IMG/VR virus record: IMGVR_UViG_3300017912_003443 | Coordinates: 1 to 33,898 of that record | Source: a virus | Taxonomy: Duplodnaviria; Caudoviricetes | Length of the DNA stretch: 33,898 nt | Direction: 5' to 3' (one strand) | Part shown: positions 9,101 to 21,200 of the stretch, one piece after another | How the letters are laid out: every line of letters begins with the position of its first letter | Numbering within the stretch: the stretch's first letter is position 1 | The notes under the pieces: model-generated | Seen by the model: only the letters and a program-made list of their open reading frames with translations | What the model was told of the DNA's origin: nothing | Database searches by the model: none | Made by a program: the position numbers and the translations under genes

Positions 9101-12100
9101 ACTGACCATTATATGGGTTTTGGTCGTAAGTTCTTGTTGCTGCATTATACTCTCCACCTTTATGATTAATTTGTGCAACTCTTGCATAGAACTTAGGAGT
9201 AGAAACACCTTTCTTTAAAGGGATACTGCGTACATTTTCCCCAACAGTAAAAGTACCAGATGTCATTGTAATTTCAATGAGTTTTGGAACACAATATCTT
9301 GATACATCAATTCCATCAAAATATGGATAAACTTGAGTTCCGGGTTTTAATTTTCTGGAATTAAATTCAATATTTCTAGATCTCATAAATGGAACAAGAT
9401 CTCTACTTACAATTCTATCATTAATAGAAGTCTTCTCATATTCCTCGTGAACAATAGTTCGCGTTCCTCCTCTAGATTCTGTTCCAAGATCAAATGTTTC
9501 TTGGAATTCTTCCTGAGAAACAGTAGTAGCATTTCTCCTTACCCACTGACCTGGACCAGATGTTCCATCAAGTTTCTTAGTAGATTCTGATGTAGCATCA
9601 GTTGCTGTTCTACTTTCAGATTCTACAGTATCTAATACACCGGTCCAATTTGTCTCCCAAGAATCCCAAAGAATGGGAACAAATCCTGTTTGAGGGTCTA
9701 ACTCATTAGTTCTCTCATAGTAATCAACTGTAGCGGCATAGTTACCTTCAGTTTCAATAATTCTAGTCTGAACTCTAACAGTATCAACCCAAGTGTCTGA
9801 AGATGGAGTAAGTTCTATCGTACCCTGCCAGAAACTTACCGTAAACGGAGTAATACTTTCGGATCTAGTAGCAAATGTTTGCTGCAACCAACTAACTTCT
9901 GAATAATCAAGGGTAACTATATCATTACTTCTAGAAATATTTTCACCTTCAATTACATTAAATTTAAAATCTGTGGATGAACTTATTTCTTCAACAGGTC
10001 CAAAAATAAGGTCAATAGAATTTGTATAATGCTTTGGTCTTAACTCCTTGTTCTTTCTATCAATTGAATTATTAATAATTGATTTAGTTTCTTGAGATTT
10101 GAATGAATTAAAATTATCAACAAAGAATCCACTCTTAAATCTATTAAGACCATCAGAATCAGCAATAAAAGCACTCTCTGTTTTAGATTCAAGTAAAGAT
10201 AATGATGTATAATATTCTAAATTTCTAATTCTATTCTCAAGTTGCTTAATATCTGACATCCTATATCTCTTATGTTCTAAGAACTTGAGAGATGCTTGTT
10301 CGGGGTTAAAGAGATATGGAGGTAGATTAACTGATACAATCTCCATTGCATCATTAATTCCCATAGGCGATTCTGGTTTTTCTGCAGGGGTTCCATAAAC
10401 AACCTGGAACTTACCATCTTTTGTGAGGAAAAGTCTATCAATTCTTCCAAGATAAAAAGAAAAATCAAATACTAAATTTTCTTTTGAAGCAAGAATATTT
10501 GCACCAGAATTTCCTGATTGATTATATACTCTTCCCTCAAACTCTAAAGGAGAACGTGCTCCTTCAGAAACTATATAATTTGAAACTCTTGGTCTAATAT
10601 CAATAATATCACTATTAGAAATCCCATCAAATGATTGAATTTCTGTTGCATAATCAAAGGAGTTATAACTTTCTACTGTTGTGATATCTCCAGTATCGCC
10701 GCCATCATACTTAGCAGAAGAAAAGTATGCAATTATTTTCTTAGTTGGTGAAGAGGCAGAAGGTCTTTTTCTCAAAGAGCTATGACTGTAAATTGTTTTT
10801 TTCTGTCCAGTATTAAATGTATAATTGGAGGATATATTAAAACTCTCTTCAATTATAGTGCTGATAGTACCTTCAACTAAACTATCTTGAAAAATAACTG
10901 TTTCACCCTCAACAAAATCAATTTGATTTTTTGTAATAAATGATATACTTAAGTTATCTGGTTTTCCTACAGTAACAGCAATTGCACCACTCGTTTGGCC
11001 AATAAGTATTTCGCCATTTATAATATCTTGAGTTGTAGAAGTTTGACTAACAATATTGGAAAATGAAATTTTTGGGGCAATGGGATCACTAGTTCCACTG
11101 GATTCAAATACGCCATGTATCTCTAAAACATCTGGCACATTTAGAGAAATAATTTCATCTTCAACTCTAGTTCCAAAAGGATAGTTTCCATATTCAAGAC
11201 CATTATTTAAAGTTGTTGTGCCAATACCTGATCCCTCAAGTTTTGATTTATTGACTATTAAGGAGTTTACATTAATTTTATTTTTAATCTTTGATTTTGG
11301 TTTTGATTTTCTTAAAGTGGCAACTAATTTTGCCGCACCGGCACCACCAGCAATATTAAAGATATTTAAAATTTTTGTGTTAGTAGCATTGAATGATATT
11401 TTGTTTTCCGTCAATTCAATAGTTTCTCCAGTATCAGTTCGAATAAGAGAATATCTATTAGCAGAAAATGGTAAAAAGACTTCTCTGTCTCCCGCATCCA
11501 TGCTTGTTGAAGTATCAATAGTTCCATTAGAAAGAATATTTACATCATAGACTTTTCTAATAGTGATTGTAGATTCATTAAGGTCTACAGTAGCAATATT
11601 TTGTTTAGTTAATTTTGTATATAAAGTATTGTCTGATGATTTCTCAAGAGAAGTCCTTACAATATTCATATCAGAAACATTTATAGACCCTGACGGTGGG
11701 AGAGTCCCATTAACAATACCAGCAACAGTTTGAACACCTTGAACTGTAACACTGCTAGTATCAACTGCGGTCACTTTAACCATAATTTTATCAGTTGATC
11801 TTACAAGATCTGAATATGTAAGTAGATCATCAACTTTTACAATATCCAAGAATCTTGGATTAGCACTTTCTACTCTACCAGTGTGACTAACTGTAGCAAC
11901 ACCGACATTAAATACGTTATTTTGGACAATATCAGCAGCAAAGGTATTAATACCAACTAATCTATCTTCAGTGGCAAAAATAGATTTTACATTAGCAATA
12001 GATTTTTCTGTAATTGCAATGGCAATTCTACCATCTTGATTTCCATTAAAAATAAGAGGTTCATTTTCAATAAAAGAACCATTTCTTTCATAAAGAGTTA

Positions 12101-13661
12101 GTGCCGTAGAATTAGTAACAGAGTCTCTAAGGAAAGCAGTAGCACCACTATTAGAACCCTTAACAAAGGTTGGCACTGATAAAGTATGTGCCTGATTGAG
12201 GGTCAATAATGTAAATGGTTGAACATCAAACAAAGATAATCCCCACTCATTAGTGTTTGCATTATCTGTGCTATATGAACCGGATTCTAATCTAAAGTCA
12301 TAAACTCTAGCAAGACCAATTTCTGTTCCTGAGGCAACTTCTTGATCTGACCCACACCTTTGATCTCGTAAACTTACAACATACGTGTTACCTATTCCAA
12401 TACCTGGTGCTGGTGTTCTGAATACTCTATTCAGTTTTAATGTTGCACCAGTGTTATATGACAAAGATTCTGCATTTACATCCTTAGTTGTTCTTGGTTT
12501 CTCAACATCAATAAAAGTTGGTGTTGAGGTTTCAATCTCATATCCCTTTACATATGCTTTACCTGAGGAAATTTTAAATATTGCTAAGTCATCAGATGCT
12601 GTAGAACCACCATAAGTAAATTCCCCACTCTCAAATAACCCATTATTGCCTAGATTATTATTAAGTGAATTAAATACAGATACATCAAAAGGTTTTACTG
12701 CATAGTGACCACTTTGTTCAAATGTTCTCTGTGCAAGAGTATCTATCAAATCTTCACGAAAAACCTGATTTGAACCGGATTTTGTATTTTTAACTTGAGA
12801 CCTTATTATACCATCTTCAATTACAGCAAGTTCAATGAAATTATTATCATCAAAATCATCAAGTGGTTTTTTAAAAAGACTTACAGAAATCTTTAATCTA
12901 TCTGCACCTGGTGCAGAATAATTATTAAATCCCTGAGAATTATCATTTAAAGTTTCATCTAAATCAGAAGTTATAATTTCTTCTCTAATTTGAAGACCAA
13001 CTCTATAACTTGGTCTGTTTGCGTATTGATCAAGAATTAAAGTTTCAGTATCTACCTGTACAAAATGCCCTCTAATAAAATACACACCTTGTTGAATCTG
13101 AAATGCAGAACCAATAGAACTTGCATTTTGTTGAATAGTTACTGCAAAAGGACTATTTGCAGGTATTGTAGAATTACCTAAGAGACTGGAATTGATTGAT
13201 GTGCTACAAACCAATTCTTCATTATCAAAAAATTCTTGTGTTAAATTATTTGCAGTATTTGAATTAATATAATTTACATATAATGTTAAATTGCCATTTT
13301 CAGAATCAATAGGAAGAAGAACACTATCAACAACAGCAGTTACACCGGAATTCTGACCAGTTATTCTCAAACCTACAAGTTGATCTGCATAAGCAGAAAC
13401 AGGAACTCCTTGGTAGGAATTATTTAATTGAACATTATAATAAAGTTGAGTATATCCTGTATTTCCTGGAATTACTTTGGATCCTTCTTTAAAAAAGTGT
13501 TGACCAAATTTTTCAATCTGATTTTGAAGAATCGATTGAAGACTTGTTAATTCTCTTGCTTGTACTGGATAACCAGGTTTAAACAGAACTTTATGGAAAT
13601 CGCTGGATGGATCATAATCATCAAAATATGGCGATACGTTGAGATTAGTTTGTTGTGGCAT
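6147..13661 (-). CDS. Large virion structural protein, VrlC-like (DUF4815 family)
   Basis: 2504 aa. N-terminus NLNVSPYFDD...VLFKPGYPVQARELT.LQSILQNQIE.FG. Internal motifs APGADRLKI, KRYRMSDI..LE.RI..LEYYTSLSLLE, RFKSGFFVDNF, DPLAQTF and GSLFKSQN. C-terminus PRVKDLRVIALA. Lies between g8 and g13 as in cyanomyoviruses. Confidence 0.9.
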   Translation of the reverse strand: MPQQTNLNVSPYFDDYDPSSDFHKVLFKPGYPVQARELTSLQSILQNQIEKFGQHFFKEGSKVIPGNTGYTQLYYNVQLNNSYQGVPVSAYADQLVGLRITGQNSGVTAVVDSVLLPIDSENGNLTLYVNYINSNTANNLTQEFFDNEELVCSTSINSSLLGNSTIPANSPFAVTIQQNASSIGSAFQIQQGVYFIRGHFVQVDTETLILDQYANRPSYRVGLQIREEIITSDLDETLNDNSQGFNNYSAPGADRLKISVSLFKKPLDDFDDNNFIELAVIEDGIIRSQVKNTKSGSNQVFREDLIDTLAQRTFEQSGHYAVKPFDVSVFNSLNNNLGNNGLFESGEFTYGGSTASDDLAIFKISSGKAYVKGYEIETSTPTFIDVEKPRTTKDVNAESLSYNTGATLKLNRVFRTPAPGIGIGNTYVVSLRDQRCGSDQEVASGTEIGLARVYDFRLESGSYSTDNANTNEWGLSLFDVQPFTLLTLNQAHTLSVPTFVKGSNSGATAFLRDSVTNSTALTLYERNGSFIENEPLIFNGNQDGRIAIAITEKSIANVKSIFATEDRLVGINTFAADIVQNNVFNVGVATVSHTGRVESANPRFLDIVKVDDLLTYSDLVRSTDKIMVKVTAVDTSSVTVQGVQTVAGIVNGTLPPSGSINVSDMNIVRTSLEKSSDNTLYTKLTKQNIATVDLNESTITIRKVYDVNILSNGTIDTSTSMDAGDREVFLPFSANRYSLIRTDTGETIELTENKISFNATNTKILNIFNIAGGAGAAKLVATLRKSKPKSKIKNKINVNSLIVNKSKLEGSGIGTTTLNNGLEYGNYPFGTRVEDEIISLNVPDVLEIHGVFESSGTSDPIAPKISFSNIVSQTSTTQDIINGEILIGQTSGAIAVTVGKPDNLSISFITKNQIDFVEGETVIFQDSLVEGTISTIIEESFNISSNYTFNTGQKKTIYSHSSLRKRPSASSPTKKIIAYFSSAKYDGGDTGDITTVESYNSFDYATEIQSFDGISNSDIIDIRPRVSNYIVSEGARSPLEFEGRVYNQSGNSGANILASKENLVFDFSFYLGRIDRLFLTKDGKFQVVYGTPAEKPESPMGINDAMEIVSVNLPPYLFNPEQASLKFLEHKRYRMSDIKQLENRIRNLEYYTSLSLLESKTESAFIADSDGLNRFKSGFFVDNFNSFKSQETKSIINNSIDRKNKELRPKHYTNSIDLIFGPVEEISSSTDFKFNVIEGENISRSNDIVTLDYSEVSWLQQTFATRSESITPFTVSFWQGTIELTPSSDTWVDTVRVQTRIIETEGNYAATVDYYERTNELDPQTGFVPILWDSWETNWTGVLDTVESESRTATDATSESTKKLDGTSGPGQWVRRNATTVSQEEFQETFDLGTESRGGTRTIVHEEYEKTSINDRIVSRDLVPFMRSRNIEFNSRKLKPGTQVYPYFDGIDVSRYCVPKLIEITMTSGTFTVGENVRSIPLKKGVSTPKFYARVAQINHKGGEYNAATRTYDQNPYNGQLIPSSYNSTSTILNIDTYSLSNETQGEYYGYIEVGTLLVGESSGATATVSDLKLVVDNQSSLIGSFYIPETITSYHPRFESGIRSFTLSSSDTNDVENVTTIASESYSATGIIENEGSVRNIRLEDKKEFEQQTVSRSSGTQIVGTSVVNRTSPETITAWYDPLAQTFTVDDETGIFITRCDIFFKSKDDMGIPITMQIRTVDGGIPTSRVLPMSEVILDPDEVSISTDSSIATSFTFKAPIYLEGRKEYAICLSTNSTKYDTFVSRIGQEDFLTDTLISTQPFLGSLFKSQNASGWEASQWEDLKFTLYRAEFDTSGSIDLFNSRLSVGNKQVPNLLPNSLELKSRKIKIVLSAPDDGTNDYELGNTFHQDGTNATGNLVGVGGSATGTLTVSNPGVGYTPASGAQTRSVPLVTLSGNGSGANANITFQNGVAIGATISTDGGGSAYNVGDVLSISGVDVGRDLRLTVAGVAATNTIVLDNVVGDFISNSSNGIKYVSSNNSVGFTTFSISNVSGPVYPLSITTFANDSDGRHIKVNHANHGMYFDDNRVEISGVESDIVPTRLTIAYDVGSQGSISVESNASFTEFEKFPVGNTNRGYLKIGDEIIEYTSTSGSNVIGGTITRGANKASYPIGTLVYKYELSGINLARINKIHDMNDVTVTNPITLDSYYIKLNMAEKFNVNNLDRSTERNTDDAPSLYIQDTKSAGGYGIRASQNIPYEIVTPMIQSQTVQGSTINAQFRSTTTTGISGNEIPFVDNGFESIVLNKPNFLSTPRAIFSKVNEDQKLTNVPGNKSMTLRLFLNSVDTRVSPVIDSQRMNTIFTTNRVNNPITNYITDPRVNSIDSDPSAFQYISRELSLENSATSLKIDLNAYINTFSDIRAFYCVGNEPTSNPIFTPFPGFSNLKSNGNIINLKDNDGHPDTEIQKTNVLDFNSNNLEYKEYIFTMDNLEPFRYYRIKLIMTSTNQVYVPRVKDLRVIALA

Positions 13662-13667
13662 AATCCT

Positions 13668-15230
13668 TTAGAACTGCAAGATAATTTTTATGTCTTCTTT
13701 TTGATTCGACGATCTAAGAATAGAAGGTCTATTATCAACGTAAATAATGTTACCAGATTGTTTTTGAACTTCTGGTAACGCAACACCGTCAACGAAATTT
13801 AGACCATAATAATAGGTCCTATTATTTATTACGGAAGAAGCACCGGTAAAAGTACTATCTATAGATAGAGTGGAATTATTCCCATTATCGGGAACAATTG
13901 TAAGTGAACCGCCAGTGTCTGGCGAACTTGTAAATTCTGCCAAATCATATCCATATCTTGGAGTTATATTGGCAGAACCATCTGAAGTATTAAAACCAAC
14001 AAGATACCTGTCCTGCCAGAACTTTAAAACTCCTGTTGTTTGGTCATAATTAATAATTCTACCAAATGCTGTTGTTCCTGTTGCAATAGTTTGAGAAACA
14101 AATGAGTTAACAGCAAATTCTGCTGTACTGTACCCGGCTCCGACAAGTTTTAGTGCTCCCACTGCACTTGCTTTTGGTTTATCAAGAATTGTGTTAGAAT
14201 TATACTCAGTTGGATTCTCTACAATACCAACTCTTGCAATTTTATTGCCAGTAATAAAATCTGGATTTTGTATGTCGTTCTCAATTCTTGCATAAAGTAA
14301 AAGATTAGATGCACCCAATTCTCTGTATATATTTTTTCCATGCCCACCTTGGGGCGAAATGATAACATCGAATGTTGGCCTAATTGTTCCAGTAGGTACA
14401 GAACCAGCAACTAAATCAACTGTTCCATATGTATAACCAGAACCTTGATTTGATACCTCTACGGAAAGAACTTGAGAATTTTCATCAATAGTAATAGTGC
14501 ATTCTGCACCGGAACCATCTCCTCTAATAGGAACATTTCTGTATTGTAAATTTGCCGCACCTACATTTAAACCTTTATTGGTTACAGTTATGATTTTAAT
14601 AGAACCATTTACAGCATTATCTCTAACAAGAGCATTATCCGAAGAGGTCTCCCAATCATTTGGAACGGGTAAAAACTCAGTGGAATCAAATTTGATAATA
14701 TCTGAAGGACTCAAGGTGTACAAATATTTCCAAATATATCCATCTCCACTTGAACCAGCAACTCTTGGTTCCAAATCAGTAAATGTCGGTTCATCTAATG
14801 AAGGTTTTCCTGTAGGATTATCTGGACTTGTTCCATTCTGAAGGCAAATATAAACTCTAAAATCTTTATTCATCACATAGAAAAATGACGAATAAAGATT
14901 TGTTGAACTTGAAACTGCAGCAAGATTATCGACACTATAATCGTGGCGATACATATCATACTTTGAACCGGAAGCCCAGGTTCTTTTGGGTACAACATGC
15001 ATAATATCTGAAGAGGTAATCCTCTTCATGGCAACCATAGTATCCCAATAATCATTTTCCTGATTAAAATTATCTCTAGGAGATGGTGGTGCTTCTTCCC
15101 ATTTTGCATTAAAATCAGTAGAATTAGTCAGTCCAACAAAAGTGTAGTAAGCATTGGAAGTGTTTACTACACCATTGCGGAAATTTTTCGCATTTAAAAT
15201 TCTAATTTGATCTGTAATTATTGCAGACAT
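13668..15230 (-). CDS. g8: Baseplate wedge subunit gp8
   Basis: 520 aa. Motifs MSAIITDQIRILNAKNF, W.SG..YDMYRHDY, FYVMN...RVYICL.N, GDGYIWKYLYT and SGNIIYVDNRPSI.RSSNQKEDIKIILQF. Confidence 0.93.
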   Translation of the reverse strand: MSAIITDQIRILNAKNFRNGVVNTSNAYYTFVGLTNSTDFNAKWEEAPPSPRDNFNQENDYWDTMVAMKRITSSDIMHVVPKRTWASGSKYDMYRHDYSVDNLAAVSSSTNLYSSFFYVMNKDFRVYICLQNGTSPDNPTGKPSLDEPTFTDLEPRVAGSSGDGYIWKYLYTLSPSDIIKFDSTEFLPVPNDWETSSDNALVRDNAVNGSIKIITVTNKGLNVGAANLQYRNVPIRGDGSGAECTITIDENSQVLSVEVSNQGSGYTYGTVDLVAGSVPTGTIRPTFDVIISPQGGHGKNIYRELGASNLLLYARIENDIQNPDFITGNKIARVGIVENPTEYNSNTILDKPKASAVGALKLVGAGYSTAEFAVNSFVSQTIATGTTAFGRIINYDQTTGVLKFWQDRYLVGFNTSDGSANITPRYGYDLAEFTSSPDTGGSLTIVPDNGNNSTLSIDSTFTGASSVINNRTYYYGLNFVDGVALPEVQKQSGNIIYVDNRPSILRSSNQKEDIKIILQF

Positions 15231-15249
15231 TTTGCCACAGTTTTTTCTT

Positions 15250-15257
15250 TATTTAGT
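15250..15257 (-). promoter_or_regulatory. Late promoter ACTAAATA upstream of g8
   Basis: TAAATA core in the 26-nt g7-g8 gap, with the same 8-mer as upstream of g15. Confidence 0.7.
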
Positions 15258-18200
15258 TACAGAGTTTCGTCGTATCTTACGAACGCTAGAGGTCTATTTC
15301 TCGTAATAAGTGTTGAGGTAGTAATACCACTTATTCCTTGAGAGTTGTATGCAGTGTGACCAATCGAAATTGATCTATTCTTAACTACTATTCTACCCCA
15401 ACTATAAGAACCTTGATAGTTTGATGTTGTCATTCCTGTAGTTCCATCCCAATTTGAATTAAAGTCAAATCCTACGGGAGGATTGTCAACTCTTGCACGG
15501 ACTCTTGCTGTCGCAGTTGCAATTCCACCTACAACTCTAGGTTGTTTGATAACTTCTGCTACTTCATAAACTCCATCAATGTATGAAGTACTTATACCAA
15601 GAACTTGACCAGAACCATCATAACTTGTAATAGAGGTAACTGCTATTCCAACATTGGAGTTATATATGGTAAATGCGTCACCTTGTTCAATACTCGAAGT
15701 AGTTATAGCAGCCCCGACGTATGTAGCGTCATTGAAAACTTGATCCTGTTCTGGAATAAAGAAATCAAACAACGCAAAAGTTTGTCCACTAATTGATGTT
15801 GTTGCAAACCCAACAATAGTTCCAGAATCTCCCCTATATCCATCAGGGAAATAAACATCGCATTCTTCGCGAGCACTTGCTTGTGGAGGAGAAATAAGAA
15901 CACTAGGTACTGTTGTATAACCAATACCCCCATTAGTTATTGTTACTCCAGTGACAACTCCGTTTGTAAGTGTAGCAGTTGCTGTTGCTGTTCCACTTGT
16001 TCCAATTCCTACACCATTTGTACTTGCAATACTTACTGTAGGAGTGGTTAAGTATCCATGTCCTCCATCTGATAATGTTATTTCAGATATAGTTCCTGCA
16101 ACAGAAACAGTCGCAGTAGCAAAAGCAGGAGATATTTCACTTGGTGGATGAATTTTTATTTTATTCTGTGCAAGTTTGCCCTGAACAGTATCAAACTCAT
16201 TAAACTGATTGAATAAAGGTCTAGTAGTATTAACACTAAAAACTGTTTCTCCAACACCAACTGGTTTAATCAGATATGCATTAGGCAAAATTGTTGGTTC
16301 ATAAAATCTTCTTGCTTTAGAAACTGGTAGTCCGTTAAGAATTTTATCCTCAGTTTGTCGACACCAAGCAACTGGTCTAGTCAATTCAACGTCTCTAGTG
16401 TTTCCTGGACCAAAATATGGAAGAGTTTCTACCGTATCAGTTGAAACAATGTCAGTAACGCTTCTCTTATTTTCATCAAAAATTAGATCATATGAATCAA
16501 TGTCAAGAGTGTCTCCTTCCTTCACAGTTTGTACCACATCTGTTTGAAGAACGTCGCTATCACCATTACCTTTATAGAAAACAATTCTTAAGAAATCACC
16601 AACTCTAGGTGCCTCTGTGAATCTAATTCTATTTCCTCCAGAGAAGAAATATGATTTTCCAGGAACCTGAAGAATATTATTTAAGAATACTAATAATAAC
16701 TGACTAGGATCAATCTTAGAACCTCTGGCAGCAATAATAGAAAGTCTATCTCCATTCCTAAAGAGTGGGAATAATTTCCTTCTACCATCAATATAACTAT
16801 CAACATTATCTAATATTTCAAGTTCACCAAGACTCCATCCATTGAAAGTATCATCAAAAGTTTGATCAACAGTAATCTGGAACTCTCTGAAGTTTGATGA
16901 TGTTGGAATACCAGTCAAACCGCCAGTTTGTACAGTCAAGATATCTCCATTACCATATGCATATCCATTATTTGTAAATTCATATGCAATCACACTAGAT
17001 CCATTACCAACTTGAATATTAACTCTCGCATGTGTGCCAAAACCAACTAATGTATTATCTTCGGAGAATATTAGGGGCATATTTGCATATGGTTCAGGAT
17101 CATCAAATATAATTTGAGGAATAACTGCCATTGTATTGACACCAACATTAAGATTATATCCAGGATTAGTAATTGTAACACTAGTGGAAATATGTCCGGT
17201 GCCAGTAATAACAGTTGCAAAACCAATATGTTGAACAGATGTAGATGCAGTGCTTACAACAGCATCTGTGCCGATACCAACAAAAGTATGTGTGTATTGC
17301 CCACCAGCACGAACAGCATTTGCCGTTGCACTTACAAATGTATGAGCACCAGCAGAAATAGTATCTGGATTAGTCCCGACATTGACAGTAATTGTAGTAG
17401 AAGTTACTGAACTAATATCAAGAGTTGTATTTGCTGCTGGATCTGTTGGTCTAGGATATGTGTGATTAGACCCATGACTATCTTGAGCACAAGTAAAGGT
17501 CAACGAATTTGTTTCTAAAGATATGCCTCTACCGGCAACAAAATTATGACTGCCAATAGTAAGTTCTAAATCTCCAGTATTATGATTATAAACAGCATTA
17601 GAAACATTGAAGTACACAAAGGTTGAGAAACCAACGAATAACGTAGCTTCCTGTCCTTGAACCTCTTCAAGTCTTAGAGGTCTTCTGCTTGCATTAGTAT
17701 CAAGATTTGGTCTAGGATATGATTTTGTTCTAGTATTGTTATCACTATTGCAAGTAAAGTTTAAACTATTGTCCTTAATTGTGATATAATCGCCCTGATT
17801 CAATTCATGATCCTTTGGAAGTGTTATAGAAAGAATGCCAGTTGTAGGACTATAGTCTGCATCTAATACATCGTAAGTAAGACCCGAAACTGCTCCTGCA
17901 CTAATGCTACTAGTAGCAGCACTAACATTAACAATACCATATGGAAGTGTTACTCCAATACTTACGGGAGTTCCTGTAGGAACATCAAATTGTGGAGTTT
18001 GAGTTGTTCTAAGTTCAACAAAAGTATTTCCAATACCATTCAGAATGGTTCCATACTGTGCTCTATATGTTCCAATACCAATATATGCATTAGTTCCATC
18101 ATAAACTTCATTGAGGATACCAAATACACTATTTTGATTATCGATAAAAATTTCTGTTGTGCCAGTGGAAATTGGATAATTTGTTTTGGTGGAAATTTCA

Positions 18201-21200
18201 TAATAACCTTGAGATCTATATCCACTTCCAGTAAAAGCAACACTGACAGATTCTACGGTTCCTATTCCACTTATAGTGACTGTTGCTGCAGCAGCAACAA
18301 GAGGTTGGTAACCAAGTCCTTCAGTAGATCCAACAGATTGGATAACACCTGCTGCAGGGAAACTACTAATTCCAACATCAGCACCAAGATCTCTTGCATC
18401 TCCGTTAAATACTGCACTAGTAATACCAGCACTTGGTTCAGTTAATTGATAATCTTCTTCAACAGTTATGCCTGGGAGTTGGAATATACTATTAATCAAA
18501 ATAACCGCATTTTCATCAGCAATTCCACTTATATCTTGTCCTTCATCATCTTTCAATGGAAACGCTTTTTCAAGAGCATTAAATTTATCAGATACATCCT
18601 GGAATACATGATTATTTGTGTAAGTATCAGTTGTACCAGAAGCAACCCTTCCTCTCATATAACTTCTTCCATGGAAGCTAGAACCTTTAGCAATACCTTG
18701 ATAATCAATTTGATTAGGATCTGTAGCATCTTCTACGGGATCAAGACCATACGGTGCTTCTGCAAAACTAATTGTGCTATCAATAATATTATAGTTTCCA
18801 GTGATCTTAGTTACTAGATCTCCAGCAGAATGATTAGCAAATCTGGTTCCAAGTCTTGCTCTTCTAACTCTCACCTTATTTGGATTACCAGCAACACCAA
18901 CTCCACTAACTTTCATAATTTCATTATTAATTCTAAAGTGATCGCCACCAAAGAAAGAAGTTACCCCTGTAAATTCAATGACATCAGCTGTTGAAAGTGC
19001 AGTTGCATTCAAAGAACTTGTAATTGCTGTTGAAACAATCGGACTTTGAAGCATATTATCAATAGAAACAATAACTCTTGAATTCTGTTTAGTTGTCAAG
19101 AATCTATGAGAAGTTCCACTTCCAACAGTAGTAATATTGATAAGAGATGGATTTGGCAATTGTGCTTCTGCTGGACTTGTAGATAATCCAACAGAATTAT
19201 CATCAACCTTAACCATATAGAGATTTTCGCCACCATTGGGAAGACGAACAGTCAATCCAACTCCAGTAATGAATGTTTGAGCAACACCAATAGCAGAAGT
19301 TATATCGTTAATATCATTTCTGTAATAACTAACCTTTTCTCCAGAAACAAAGAAGTGATTAGGAAGTTTGATTGTATTAGTGGTTGTATCAACATCATCA
19401 CTAGTAAACCAATTTTCAAAAATATCTCGACCATCATGAGTCAGGTCAAAACTAGTCTTAACTGCATTAAATGTTCCAACATAATCATCCCTATCAGTTG
19501 TAATAAGACCATTATTAAAATCAACAATGGTGTCAACATCGTCTGCAGTTTCTGATTTTAATTGATATACTAAAACATTTACTTCAACATCTATATTTGG
19601 ATTTGGAGTGAAGTTTAGATCAAGACCAAATCCTGTGTCATCTATTTGAGCACCAAAAGTACCTAATCCGGAAGAAGTTTGTAAATTATTAAATTCTACA
19701 AAGTATGCTTCACTGCTTACTCCGACAGCATTAATAGTATCTAATACAAATAATTCAGAATATTCATGTTGATTATTAGTTTTATCTGCTACATGTACAT
19801 AATATTTTGCTGCATGAAATTCTTGAGAATTAGCAATATATCGATAATTATTAACTGTTGTAATTCCTGGATTTGATGATGCTGCAATTGTAGTTGATTC
19901 TGCTTGCAACCTAGTATGAACTAAATTGAAATCAGTGGTTCCGCTAGTAGCAGTTTGTGCCAATCCAATTTGAATTGTATTAATGACTGCAGTTGTTCCA
20001 ATGCCTGCATTAGGAATGAACTGAACTTCAAAGTTATTACCCGCAATGTAAGGATAGAAAGTGCCATATCCTGTAAGACCATCATCAAAAGAACCAAATT
20101 TAGTAAACAATCCACCAAGTTCATCGGAAGTTACTATATTATTTCCATCTTGTAAGAAATTAATCTGAGTAAAGTGGAATTCTTCATTTTGCTCCCCAGT
20201 ATCGGGATTTATTGAAAACATCACCGAAACAGAATTATATGTACTGCCAATGGAAACTACAGTTACTCCAGTTCCAACAGTGTTTAATTCGGTACTAGAT
20301 GTGTTTATAAGGGCAATGTCTCCAAACGAACTACTTCCGATACCAACAAAACTATCATCAATTTTATATGAAACATATGAAATATTGTAATCATTAAATG
20401 CTACTTTATCTGATGCAGGATGAAACTGAATAAATCCCTTTCCTTTATCAATTGAAAAGTCAAGTGAACCAATATTATCAACCGTTGACATGATGGCATA
20501 TTCATTTGTGTAACCATATGTTCCATCATGAATAACATCAAAAATAGAAACCTGCCTTTCTGAAGTAAACCGTTGATCTCTTATAAGAGTGATATATCTT
20601 AAGAATCTTGACTTATCCAAATCAAACGAATCAATATTTACAAATTCTTCAGGTCTTGGTCTATGACTAAACTGTGGACTAATATCATCAATTGATAAAA
20701 CTCTGTTACCAATAGCTTGATCAAATGAAGAGATAAGTCTACTCTCAAAAATAATTTCTGTAGAAACTACTTCATCATTTCCAAGAATGATAGAATTCTC
20801 TCTAACAAGATCAAAATCATTAACACAATTGACATCTACGGTTTCTATAATATCTCTGATAAGATTAATATAAGTAGATCCTGCTGTTGGAGTCGTATTT
20901 ATCCTAAGTTCTTTCTCATATGATTCCAATTGATAGTTTGCAAACTTTTTATATCCAGCAACATGATTCATTGAAGATACTGGATCATTCCAAGTTTGTA
21001 ATGGGATAGTTGATTTTAATGAATATGAGAAATTTTGATAATATTCATTATCTGGAATTCTTTGAAGATCATTATTTAAGAATCCTGCAATTTCTTTCCA
21101 ACCCTTGCTTCTCTTGATTGTACTTCCATATGTTCCATATTCTTTATATGGGAACAAACTTTCTCCAACGGTTCCGATAGATTTAGATGTTTGACCTGTA

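Noticed and set aside
17990-18817. Abutting plus-strand ORFs of 151 and 123 aa that look like a readthrough pair
   Set aside because: They are antisense to gp7, and their S/N/C/I-rich composition is what the codon bias of the opposite strand produces.
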